Made by a program: the position numbers and the translations under genes
Shown: in pieces, positions 1 through 12,546 of the stretch
Layout of the letters: each line of letters begins with the position of its first letter
Position numbering within the stretch: position 1 is the first letter of the stretch
The notes under the pieces: model-generated
Databases searched by the model: none
Seen by the model: the letters and a program-made list of their open reading frames with translations, nothing else
Told to the model about the DNA's origin: nothing
Source: Octopus vulgaris
Taxonomy: Eukaryota
Reading direction: 5' to 3'
DNA: 64,000 nt
Assembly: GCA_951406725.2 (NCBI GenBank)
Contig: OX597834.1
Location: 18,104,001 to 18,168,000, forward strand

Positions 1-290
1 CCTTGTGAGTGGATTTGGTAGACGGAAACTGAAAGAAGCCTGTTGTATATATGTATATATATATATATGTATGTGTGTGTATATGATTGTTAGTGTCTGT
101 GTTTGTCCCCCTAGCATTGCTTGACAACCGATGCTGGTGTGTTTATGTCCCCGTCACTTAGCGGTTCGGCAAAAGAGACCGATAGAATAAGTACTGGGCT
201 TACAAAGAACAAGTCCTGGGCTCGATTTGCTCGGCTAAAGGCGGTGCTCCAGCATGGCCGCAGTCAAATGACTGAAACAAGTAAAAGAAA
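1..290 (+). mobile_element. tRNA-derived CORE-type SINE (family A), cut by the window edge
   Basis: Near-identical to the 3' two-thirds of the full copies at 56542 and 42821. Confidence 0.9.
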
Positions 291-845
291 AAAATATATA
301 TATTTCTGTGTGTTTGTGTGTGTGTTTATGTATGTATGTCTAAATATCATTTGTGGCATAATGAAAATAATGAAATTTGCCTGATATAAGAACCTAAATT
401 ATAACAGTGTTTGTAAGTCAAAAGTAACATATTTAAAATACATTTATTTGATTCTAATTCAATAAATATTGGCAAAGAAAAAATGGAAAATAGAGATAGT
501 AATACAATTATAATTTTTTCAGGTTGTTTACCTTGACAAGTAGGAAACATTTGTTCATTATATATATCTTATTCAATGTTTCCATTGGTTTTGTTACTGC
601 TCATCAATAATCATTATATCTCTTATTCTTAGCTTATGTGATTTTAGTCTCTCATAGTCTGAGAAGAATGGTTCTGCAATTTCTTCCTGAACACCCTGCT
701 CAAATAATTTGTTTTAAGTAGTCAAATGTATGTGCTCACTTCCTTCATCAAATTGACATGGCCTGAACAGGTGCACAATGTACCACACACAAGGTGTTGA
801 AGAATATGAGATGAAGTGTTTTGCTGAAGAACAAAATGTTCTAAT

Positions 846-1055
846 AAATCTTAGAGAGAGTTATAAACAGTAGCTGCAACACATCACGATGTATATTTGC
901 CATTTAAATATGGCTAACCCCTAAGGGTGGATGCTACTGTAGCTTGTAGTCCCAGGAGGACACCTCCTCCAGCTGTGTCTAAAGCCAGCTGGAGGAGGTG
1001 TCCTCCTGGGGCTACAAACTACAGTAGCATCCACCCTTAGGGGTTAACCATATTT
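846..1055 (-). mobile_element. Fold-back element, internally deleted copy
   Basis: Inverted arms of about 72 bp (904-975 and 986-1057). 13-bp flanking duplication AAAATGTTCTAAT (833-845 and 1056-1068). Homologous to 8940-9301. Confidence 0.85.
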
Positions 1056-3104
1056 AAAATGTTCTAATCAGTCCAGGAATTGAAACTATGACCTTGCAAT
1101 CATGAGTACAAAATCCTAACCACTAGATCATGTGTCCTCTCTTAAATATCTAGTATATATGCATACAGTATAATATTTATCATAAGATACGTGTTTTTTT
1201 AAAAAAGCGAAGTCTCAAAAAATTATCATGGGTCCTGTATGTGAAGTTGAGTGTCTAAAAACAGTTTAAGAAACTGGAGCAAAGTGAAATGAAGTGCCTT
1301 GCTCAAGGGCATATTGCACTGCCACTCTCCAGTCAGGAAATGAAACCATAGCCTGATGATCATGAAGCAAACACTAAGCCATGTTCCTTCATATTTGATA
1401 GATGTAAATATTAAACCATGTTTCATCTCTACTGATGCGGTTAAGAGTCCAAATATGCTAAGTGTCCAAATATTTCTAATTGTATCCACAAAGACTCATC
1501 TCAGATATTCTTATTTTTTATCTTTTACTTGTTTCACTCATTGGACTGAGACCATGCTGGGGCACCACCTTGAAGGGTTTTAGTGAAATATATTGATCTT
1601 AGTAATTATTCTTTAAGTCTCTTTTGCCAATCTGCTGAATTACAGGGGATGTAAACAAACCAACACCTGTAGTTAAGTGGTGGCGAAAGACAAACACAAA
1701 GATGTACACATATAAATATTTTGAGTTTCCACACAATTTCCATCTACTGAATCCACTCATAAGGCATTAGTTGGCCAAGGGCCATAGTAGGAGACACTTG
1801 CCCAAGGTACCATGCAGTGGGACTGAACCTAAAACCACATTATTGCAAAGTGAATTTATTATTCACCCAGCATCTAATACATTCTACAGAGCATGGAACA
1901 AAATGCTATCAATGTATTTGAGAGCAGACAGAAGAAACTGATGCTAATACCAATGTTCTGAAAGTCTAAGTTGCTTCTTATTATGATTTGATCTCGGACT
2001 GTAAGGGTCATAACTAAATAGCATGTGGCATTTCCGTGTGGCATTAATGATTCTACCAACTGCACTTAGGAAATTAAGCTCTCAGTGAGTGAAATCTGCA
2101 GTGTAGATCCAGTTTCTGATAGCAGCTGATTTACTTCACATAAACTAATAATGATTCTTTACTCTTTTACTGGTTATTCAGAAGCTTAATTAATTGAATG
2201 CACCTCCTCTTGGTCTTTACATCAATTCAAAAGAAATCAATATGTTCCAAAAACTGTTTAATGTATTCTATAACATATTTGATGTGAAGCAAGATAAGCG
2301 GATCTTATATAGATCTCAGATTCCTTTACAAAGTCAGCAATTATTTAATGCCTCAACAATGATTAACTATTTACAAGGAGTATGTGTCCTTTCCACTGTA
2401 GCATTGTTCACATATTTGCTTCAACACTTGCTAATTATTTGTGTATACAAAACAGTTTCTGCACAGAGACATTGCTTGCTCATCAATCTAAACTGTTGCT
2501 TATGGTTTGCATAAGTATGAATAGGTGCAAAGCATGGCTGTGTCATTGAGAATCTTGCTTCCCAACCATGCATGACACCCTGGGGAAGTGTCTTCTATGT
2601 AGCTCTAGGTCATTCAAAGTCTTGAGAGTGGATTTAGTGGATGGAAACTGAAAGAAGCTTGGTATGGTGTGTGTGTGTGTGAGTGAATAAATATGTACAT
2701 ATATATGTATGTATTTCATATGCATGTGTGTAAATGTTTGTGTGTACTCTTGTCTAGACATCATGTGAGTATTGTAAATAATCCTCCTCCTCCTCCTCAT
2801 CATCATCATCATACAAACAAGGTTGTTTGTTTCCAGTCTTCCATGAAAAAACATGTCTGATCATGGGGGAAATATTTGTAACAATTTGTAAAGAGGTGTT
2901 TCGAAATAAGTGTATCACTGCATCATTGAATAGTGAGGGGACAGTACTGTCTATTGCATCCCCTTAACAATGAGTAAATAAAGGGGTTGTGATGTCAATG
3001 CATTTTTTAAAAAGCAAGTCAATAGAGTTAAACCAAATGACACTATGAGTGAGGTACAAAACTAGACCCCACTGCTCGTTCTTCTCTATCTTAATCTTTT
3101 CTAT

Positions 3105-3390
3105 CTATCCGCTTAGTCGAAGTCGACTCTCGGTTACTCCATGGATCAGTGTCCTCCAGTCAGTTCTATCCTGGGCCGCTTCTTTCAGACTGGCTATGTC
3201 CATTCCGGTATCACTCTTGATGGTGTCAAGCCAGCGGGTTCTTGGTCGGCCTCTTCCTCTCTTGCCACTGACCATTCCGAGCATGATGTCCTTCTCCAGG
3301 GATTTTCTCCTCATAATATGACCAAAATATGCCAATCTATGCTTGGTGATCCTAGCTTCTAGTGACATTTTCGGCCTGATCTGCTTAATC
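3105..3390 (-). mobile_element. RTE/BovB-like LINE 3' fragment
   Basis: Encodes RLAYFGHIMRRKSLEKDIMLGMVSGKRGRGRPRTRWLD...AQDRTDWR, the RTE-clade ORF C-terminus. 5'-truncated. Confidence 0.92.
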
Positions 3391-6355
3391 TTTTAGCATT
3401 CAAATTATTCTGTCAAATCTATTGTTTATTTATTCACATTGTTTTGGATTAAGTTGTGCTTCAGTTTTTTTCAGTTGATGTTAAGTATAAGATAGTACAG
3501 CTTATACGTGAGTAAACACAGTGTCTTTTTCCATCTTGTAAATTCTGGGAACTGGTGCATATGTAAGAAATTCATTGGTAAATTCTATAAAGCTATACTT
3601 CAATTGTCATCAGAGAATTATGTAGCCCTGCTAATTGGTTGATTGTGTGGTGTTACTGAAAGACTGGTTCTTGCAAAGGGTTTCTACTATTTCTTTTCAT
3701 CTTGTAAGTTCCATGGCCTTACATTTAATATAATTAACGTAAACAAGACCTTCACTTGGTCAGAAATAGCAGCTAAATCTTCCCCAAATTAACACTATCC
3801 TCCTCCTCCTGTTGTCGTCATCATCATCATCATTCTAACATCCACTTTCCCATGCTTGCATGGGTTGGATGGGATTTGTAGAGACAAATTATTTATTATA
3901 TGGTTATAGTTCTTCAAGGCCCTGAAAAAGATCTCCAAGGAACCCTCAACAGAAATATAATAACAAAGGATAAAACTGGGAATAATTAAAATGAATTGAA
4001 AAAGAAAATGAACAAATTTGTCTGACAACCCAACATAGAAAGAGGGAGATGAATCTGTGATGTAGAGTAAGCTAATTTATTGAAGTGATCAATAAGAACT
4101 CTTTCCCATTTGTCTAAACCATGACCAAAATATTTCAAATCATTGCACACCATTAGCTGGAGCTATAATGTCTTAGTAAACTCTGGCAAAGCAACAAAAA
4201 CTATCAGAGAGGTACAGAAAGTTATCATAGTATTGTAGAAAACTATCATAGTGTTATTGGAACAACTTAGTTTCTTAATTTCCCTTCTCCAATCATATAG
4301 ATAAATATAAATACATGTATATATGTGTATATATATATATTGAAATAGAATAGTGAATCAATACAAAAGTGAATCCTAAAGAATTAATCTGTTAGATAAC
4401 CATGTCAGATCCCATATATAAATCAATATATATTTGTTTGAACTTTTATGGCTGTTTAAATATCTGTACAGAAGAACATCAATACATGGAAGGAAAGGCT
4501 GTTTTAATGCACAAATTTCCAGAACAGAATAAAAAGTCTGACTGAAGTGAATTTCAATCTAAAACTAAATGTTATTGTGAAATACAGTATAATTTAAGAA
4601 AAGAATTATCAAATAAATGGTGTGCAAATCTCTGACTGGTCTCTTATGTACTTCTCACCAAACATTGCAACAATATTTGTCCATTATACTTTCTGATTCT
4701 CTTTTTCTGTGACAATAGAAAGGAAAATAGATGGGAAAGGAAATCAATGACAGCAAAATGTGTTTCTGTATTATGGAATGTATTTGGTTGTTAGATAAAT
4801 TTGTTTGTTTTTCTACTTGGCACTCCATTGTCATACGTTTGGAAAGAGGTAAATCATCATCATCATCATTTAGCGTCCGCTTTCCATGCTAAGTATCATA
4901 GTATTGTAGAAAACTATCATAGTGTTATTGGAACAACTTAGTTTCTTAATTTCCCTTCTCCAATCATATAGATATGTGTATATGTGTATATATATATATT
5001 GAAATAGAATAGTGAATCAATACAAAAGTGAATCCATGCTAAAATTTATTTGAATTTCAAAATTAATAAATAAAAGCTGTAGAGGAAGAACAGGGCTAAA
5101 AAAAAACAAAAGTCATCCTAAAAAATTCCAATAAAGATATTTTTGTGTTAATTCAAATAACCTTTTTGATACCAAACTGTCTGAGACTGCCTCTGGGTTG
5201 ATGATACAAACTTTATACATAATGTTATCTAAATTAAAACCCTCCATCAAAATTTCAAGTTAATTCCCTAAACACCAGCTTAATTCTGACAACGATATTT
5301 CAATAAATTATTCATTATTTTCAAAATCAATTGAAACAGAAAAATATAATAACAAAATGGATAACACCGGAAATAATTTAAATGAATTGAAAAAGAAAAT
5401 GAACAAATTTGTCTGACAATCCAACATAGAAAGAAGGAGATGAATCTGTGATGTTGAGTAAGTTAATTTACTGAAGAGATCAATAAGAACCTATTAATGA
5501 AGGTCTTGTCAACTCCATACATGAATCAGTATAAAATTGTTTGGAATCTTGATTGTTCAGATGAACTATAACATTGCTCCAGGGAAGCAAAGGGCAATCT
5601 CAAGATTTCTAGTCTAGAATAGAGCTAAATTGAACTGAATATTTGTACAATATACCCTAACGGTAAATATGATTGTATCAAATGAATATAACTTTAAATG
5701 CTGACACAAGCTCTCAGGCATTCATCACCAACCATTGTATCCGTATTCATCCATTCACATGACAGCTTAAATGGAGAAAAATAGCAAAAAGTAATAATGA
5801 GAAAAAATTGAAAAATAACAAATCCTTTATAGCTTTTAACCACTGCATGTCAATGGAGAAGATAGAATAAAATAAAATAAAAATATTCGAAGTCTTCAGC
5901 ATGCCAGTAGTTAATGAAGCTACAAGAAGAATTGAGAGAAGGTAGTTGTTCTGTTCTTGAGTTCATGATACCTTGAATGTCATTGAAATGTCAAAGAGTT
6001 TACTAAGAATTTTGGTGAATATTGATTTTTAATGTAGGGAAAGAGCCACACATTTTGGGTTAAAGAATAGTCAATTATATTGACTCCAGTACTTGACTAG
6101 TACTGTGCATTTTATTGATCAGGCAAAGAATTGAAAAGCAAAGTTGATCTCAGCAGGATTGAAGCTCAGAGACACGAAAAAAAAAGCAACTAAAAATCAG
6201 AAGACATTTTCCCCAATGTTATACCAATTCTAGCAATCCCATCCATAAATATTAAACTCTAAATCAAGAGTTCAAGTTGAGTTATGTAATTTATAAGGTC
6301 AGATGATACAATACATCACACAGTAAGTTTTTTAAAATTTACTTTCTTACTCAGC

Positions 6356-6845
6356 TGAATATAATTCACAAGCCAATGTTGTTATTCACTAGCCAAGACT
6401 GTTATTCACAAGCTAAGACTTATTCATAATCCAATATTGTTATTCATTAGCCAAGACTGTTATTCATTAGCCAAGACTATTATTCACTAGCCAAGACTGT
6501 TATTCATTAGCCAAGGCTGTTATTTACTAGCCAAGATTGTTATTTACTAGCCAAGACTGTTATTTACTAGCCAAGACTGTTATTTACTAGCCAAGACTGT
6601 TATTCACTAGCCAAGACTTATTCACTAGCCATGACTGTTATTCACTAGCCATGACTGTTATTCATTAGCCAATGTAGTTATTCATGAGCCATGACAGTTA
6701 TTCACTAACCGAGGCTGCTATTCATAAGCCAACGTTGTTATTCATTAGCCAAAACTGTTATTCCATAGCCAAGACTGTTATTTACTAACCAAGGCTGTTA
6801 TTCAATAACCAAGACTGTTATTCATTAGTAAATGCAGTTATTCAG
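6356..6845. repeat. 20-bp minisatellite, about 24 units
   Basis: Tandem GTTATTCACTAGCCAAGACT, homogeneous in the centre and degenerate at both ends. Confidence 0.95.
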
Positions 6846-7765
6846 CTGTAAGTTAGTTACAAACTGGTAGAGTTGTTAGAACACTGAACAAAATATTTCG
6901 AAGTTTCTGCTCTCATTCTCCATGTTCTGAATTCAAATCTTGGCAAGATCAAATTTGTGTTTCATTGTTTCATGGTCAACAAACTAAAGTACCAATCCAG
7001 AGGTGATAAATCAGTAGAACTGAGAGAACATCCTGATGTCTTGTGGTATTTCTGTTCCATCCCTCTGGATTCTGAGTTCTAGGACGGGAGACTTTAGGGA
7101 GAGTTCACTCTCTAACAAATATCCTGACCAGGTGCTCACTGGTTTCACTGCACCTTCCTTCTCCTCTCCCACCAGTTTTGGAGATCAAGAAATAAAGTAA
7201 GGGATCATGGATGTCAAGGGTACAGTGCTTGTCTCTCTCTGCCTGAACATTTAAAAAAACAAAATAAATTTTAAAAAAAACAACAAAAGCAAAAACGTCA
7301 GCTGGGCAACTTTTTGTTCTTATTGTTGTTGGTGTAGTCAAGGGTGTTTGTTTACATGGCAACAAAACCCGCCTGGTAACTGTGAACTGTACTTGAAATT
7401 GTTTGACACTCAACCTATTTCTCTTCATGTCACATAATACCTTATGTCACCTGTCAACTTCAGAAAACCCAAAATCAATATTCAAACACAAATTGTATTT
7501 AAGCTGTTTTCTGTTGCTTATCTGTCAGTCAATCAGTGTACTGTGGCCATGCTGGGGCATCACTTTGGAGGGATTTCAGTTGAAGAAATTGATCCTGGTG
7601 CTTATTTTTAAGTCTGGCAACTTGCTCTATTGGTTGAACTGCTAAGTCACAGGGATGTAAACAAACCAACACCGGATAGCAAGTGGAGACAAATGTAAAC
7701 GCAAAGACCCACATGCACACAGATGCAAAACAGCACACAGATACACAAACACACACATATACGCT

Positions 7766-7769
7766 TGTG

Positions 7770-7863
<94 letters not shown>

Positions 7864-7871
7864 TGTGTGTG
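7766..7871. repeat. (TG)n microsatellite
   Basis: About 50 TG units. Confidence 0.97.
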
Positions 7872-8939
7872 CCCCCCACCCCACCCAAATGCTGATTTGT
7901 ACTTGTTCTTGTGATACGGTCGTTGAGCAAGAGACTGATAGAATAGATACCAGATTTAAAGAAAGAAAAAAAAAGCACTAGGGTTGATTTGTTTGACTAA
8001 AACCCTTCAAAGCAGTACTCCAGCATGACCGCAGTCCAATGACTGAAACAAGTAAATGATAAAAGATATGGGCTTCCACACAGTTTATATCTATCAAATT
8101 CACTCACAAGGCATCAGTTAATCTGGGACAAGTAGAAGATGACTTGCCCAAAGTGCTGTGCAGTGGAACTGAACCCAAATCCATGTAGTAGGAAAGCAAG
8201 TTTGTTAACCACATAGCTAAGCTTGCATCTATAATAATAATAATAATAATAATAATCCTTTCTACTATAGGCACAAGGCCTAAAATTTGGGCTAAGTACT
8301 TGATTTATCGACCCCAAAAGGAGAAAAGGCAAAATTGACCTAGGTGGGATTTGAACTCAGAACGTAAAGTCGGGTGAAATACCACCAAGCATTTTGTCTG
8401 GCATGTTAACAACTCTGCCGGGTCGCCACCATAATAACAACGACAACAATAATAATGATGATGATGAGGAGGAGGATTTCAAATTTTTGCACAAGGCCAG
8501 CAATTTCAGGGAAGGTGTAAGTCAAATGCATCAACTCCAGTATTCAACTGGTACTTATTTTAGAAATAGCAGCCGAATTTCTCTCTCTTAAATCACACCT
8601 TATTGTCTTAAAAGAAAGAACATATTAAGTGATATAATCCTTAGAAGAACAGCTATGGTTGAAATGCTTTTGATCTTTGTTCTGCTTGATCAGGACTTAT
8701 TTTGGGGGTCAAACAGCAACTTCATAAGTAAACTTCAACTTGTACCTTATGAGTGAGATTGGATAGATGGAAACCGTATAGAAACCATACAGAAATCCAT
8801 CATAAGTAGTTCATTGGAAACCTGTTACCAACAATGTTATTGTGTACACAATGGGATATTAAATATATAAATAATGAATAACAGATAAATGAACAGGTGG
8901 TGAGCAAGGAGGCAAAAAACAATATAACAGATGATATTT

Positions 8940-9301
8940 TGTGACATCTATTTGCCATTTAAATATGGCTAACCCCTAAGGGTGGATGCTATTGTAGTTT
9001 GCAGCCCCAGGAGGACACCTCCTCCAGCTGGCTATAGACACACTTTCTGTGTCCTATCAGTATTTGCAAAGGGAAGCCATCCTTCCCGTCTCCAGTGCCA
9101 TTGGCAATAGACTGAGCAATGACTTCCCTTTGCAAATACTGATAGAGCACAGAAAGTGTGTCTATAGCCAGCTAGAGGAGGTGTCCTCCTGGGGCTGCAA
9201 ACTACAGTTGCATCCACCCTTAGGGGTTAGCCATATTTAAATGGCAAATAGACGTCACGATGTGTTGTAGCTACTGTTTATAACTCGCTCTAAGATTTAT
9301 T
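8940..9301 (+). mobile_element. Fold-back element, longer copy
   Basis: Inverted arms of about 140 bp (8941-9080 and 9119-9258) plus a 43-nt one-sided tail. 11-bp TSD AGATGATATTT (8929-8939 and 9302-9312). Empty site at 10623-10633. Confidence 0.9.
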
Positions 9302-10039
9302 AGATGATATTTCCTTTTTCTAAAATGTTGGTCATGATATCAAATGTCCCTTCTGTTATTGGCTCAAGGCTTGAGACTTTGAGGGGAACAACTATGAGAA
9401 ATTCAAAAGGTAAAGCCTTGTCAGAGAATCAAGCTGATTCTGCCTGTGAATTGACATAAAGGATACAAATGGGACTGTTGAATGTTCATTCATTTAGATC
9501 AATGGCTCCCAAAGTTTTTCAGGGTGCTGCCCTCTTGACACTCAGGCCATATTCCTAGCACCCCACCCCTGACTAACCATCAGAAACAGAGACCCCTTTC
9601 TGAAACAAATTCAAAGCAACTGTATTTGACAAATAAAACTAAAACTAACGGATCCATTATTTTGTTCTTTTTACACGAATCCCTACCCCATTATCACTGC
9701 CCTTTTTACATGAATCACTACCCTACACTTTCCCCACTTTTCTTCAATGCCCCCTTGGAACTTTCCACTGCTCCCAGGGTGTCAATGCTGCCCACTTTGG
9801 GAACCACTGATTCGGATGTTAATTCAGGGGCAGGTAATTCAAACAGCTGAGCTCCACCATTGACTGGAACTAAAACAACAGGTGGCACTTGCTTTGTCAA
9901 TGTCACAATCAGAAATGAAGTGAACCCTTAAGTAGTTCACTGGAAACTGTATATACAATAACAGTGTTCATTGGAAACCTGTTACCAACAATGTTATTGA
10001 GCACAAAATGGGATATTAAATATATAAATAACGCACAAA

Positions 10040-10576
10040 ACTCTACTTGTTAAGGAAGACCTGTTGAGGCAAGTGAAAATCAAAATCAAAATCGATCAAC
10101 ATCAATGGAAATTGTAGCTGTGATACCAGTGCCGGTGGCACATAAGAGAACCATCCGAACGTGGCCGTTGCCAGCACCACCCTGACTGGCTTCCGTGCCA
10201 GTGGCACGTAAAAAGCACCATCTGAACGAGGCCGATGCCAGCGCCGCCTTGACTGGCTTCCGTGCCAGTGGCACGTAAAAAGCTCCATCCAATCGTGGCC
10301 GTTTGCCAACCTCGCCTGGCGCCTGTGCTGGTGGCACATAAAAAGCACCATCCGATCGTGGCCATTTGCCAGCCTCACCTGGCACCTGTGCTGGCAGCAC
10401 GTAAAAAGCACCCACTACACTCATGGAGTGGTTGGCGTTAGGAAGTGCATCCAGCCGTAGAAACATTGCAAGATCAGACTGGACCTGGTGCAGCCTTCTG
10501 GCTTCCCAGACCCCAGTTGCACCGTCCAACCCATGCCAGCATGGAAAGCAGATGCTAAATGATGATGATGATGATG
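10040..10576 (+). mobile_element. SINE-like family C with internal tandem subrepeats and (GAT)n tail
   Basis: Five GTGCC(G/A)GTGGCACGTAAAAAGCACC-type units, then a GGCGTTAGGAAGGGCATCCAG-type body and (GAT)n. Further copies near 11795-12060, 13444-13605, 17510-17751, 42031-42224, 46139-46372, 51880-52410 and 60951-61088. Confidence 0.88.
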
Positions 10577-10934
10577 AGATCAATGAACAGGTGATGAGCA
10601 GGGAGGCAAAAAACAATATAACAGATGATATTTCCTTTTTCTAAAATGTTGGTCCTGATATCAAATGTCCCTTCTGTTATTGGCTCATGGTTTGAGACTT
10701 TGAGGGAAACAACTAATTGATTATATCAACCTCAATACTAGACTGATACTTATTTCACTGACCTCAAAAGGATAAAAAGCAAAGTGAACCTCGATAGAAC
10801 TTGAACTCAAGAACGTAAAGACGGATGAAACACAGCTAAGCATTTCGTCCAGTGTGCTAATGGTTCTGCCAGCTTTCCACCCTCATAATATAATGCCCAT
10901 CCAACAGGCAAGAGCAAGAGACCCATAGTCACTA

Positions 10935-11166
10935 TTTAGCTCTTTCATCACCATATTTCTGTTGAGATGCTTTGTGCTTCTTTCAATCAATTTTAAATAT
11001 AACAAAAAATTTAGTAAAATAACTTAGTTATCATTAAGCTAGTGTTAGGAACATAAATTGTGACTAAGGTTTGGTGGAAAATTTTAATTCAAAACTTATG
11101 AAAACAAGTCATTTGTACAACAGAGCCAGAGGTGGTTTCAGCTGGGTTTGGTATTGAAAGGGTTAA
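10935..11166 (+). mobile_element. piggyBac-type MITE, family 2
   Basis: Ends ...AAAGGG-TTAA. Homologous to 5159-5340 (-) and 26654-27482. Confidence 0.65.
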
Positions 11167-12546
11167 AATCTCTTTCAGGCAAGGAAAACTCTAATGTAAC
11201 ATCTGTGACCCTTGTTTGTATCCAATAATGTAGAATAGTTCTTTTTATTAGGCAAATGCATATGTTGTTCAGAGAGTGGGGTTGGTTCTGTGCAAGGACT
11301 TTCCTCACTTTAAAAAGCTTCAGGCACAGGCAAACTCATCTGCTGCCTAACAGATTATGCTTAAAGCATAGGCTAAGGGAGTCAACCCTCATAAAAAATA
11401 AGGAGTCAAGTCTCATTCTGGTAACTCCTACATCCAGTACTTCTTAGTTGTCTTCTTCCTGTCTTGTCACTGAACAGCGGGAAAAGAGGATAAAGTGGTA
11501 GCTGCACAATTTTCCCTCTCCTTTAAAATCTTGGGCAAGTTTGTACAGCTTCACATATTTAGAAGTTATTGGTCCAATGTTCCACCACAGGACCTACAAA
11601 GTGTAACACTGCTAACCTGGTCATTTTCAGAGACATCAAGAAAGAACCTGTATATAAACTTCCTCTTCCCACCACAATGAAAACAGAAGGGAAATGCCAT
11701 TCTCTCACGTATCCCTACCCATAATGATGATGGTGGTAGTTCTGGAGATAGAGGAGAGATAACAGTGAGAATAAGTTATGTATCAACAATTAGTGGCTTC
11801 TGTGCTGGTGGCATGTAAAAAGCACCAATCCGATCATTGTTGTTGCCAGCCTCGCCTGGCACCTGTGCTGGTGGCACGTAAAAAGCACCCACTACACTCA
11901 CGGAGTGGTTGGTGTTAGGAAGGGCATCCAGCTGTAGAAACACTACCAGATCAGACTGGAGCCTGGCGCAGCCTCCTGGCTTCTCAGATCCCCGGTCGAA
12001 CCGTCCAACCTATGCTAGCATGGAGAACAGACGTTAAACGATGAAAACGATGATGATGATATAAACAATATGTTGATTACAATGGAGCTAAACAGTACAA
12101 GAAATTCATAAATCTAGCACAGCATCAAGACACAGTTTCAAAATAAAAGTACAGAGTGCAATGCTGTAATAACCATAAAATGGATGACTATGAAATGACT
12201 GAGTTGTAATTAAATTAACAGAAATTAATAATTTTTAGTAAATTATTCAGTGGAAAAATGTCCAAATGAGACATTTTTTATATGTTCATTATGTGACAGC
12301 TTTTTACTTTAAAAAATTATGCATGAGAAAATTAATTTGAAATAACTGACGAGAATTTCTAGACAATATTTCAAATAATAACTTACGCAACCATAAAAAT
12401 TTGTACATCTTGTCATGCATGTATGTGTATGTGTTGTATGTGTGTGTATGTGTTGTTTGTGTGTGTATGTGTTGTTTATGTGTGTGCATGCATGCATGTG
12501 TGTGTAAGTGTTAATAAGCATCAAAACAAATTCTCTCCGTAATATG

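Noticed and set aside
121-384. Recurrent small ORFs (MTTDAGVF..., MLGGQTQTH..., MFLRLDALPNANH...) suggesting a gene family
   Set aside because: All are chance frames within SINE families A, B and C.
2194-2514. 106-aa ORF (similar cases at 13049-13282, 20840-21082, 22581-22781 and 30245-30580)
   Set aside because: No recognisable motif or convincing splice context. Lengths are compatible with chance in AT-rich DNA.
6356-6845. CRISPR-like array
   Set aside because: Units are head-to-tail with no unique spacers, there are no cas genes, and the context is eukaryotic.
7105-7242. Minus-strand exon candidate after a strong acceptor (AERDKHCTLDIHDPLL...)
   Set aside because: No recognisable homology and no compatible partner exons.
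9130-9170. Hammerhead core in the fold-back arm (CTGATAGA...GAAAGTGTGTC)
   Set aside because: The core has an extra base and neither stem II nor stem I can pair.
10120-10415. Repeat-spacer pattern in family C resembling CRISPR
   Set aside because: The intervening segments are homologous to each other and the array sits inside a dispersed retroposon-like element.
11631-11724. Plus-strand terminal-exon candidate DIKKEPVYKLPLP...
   Set aside because: Short, no recognisable family and no upstream exons identified.
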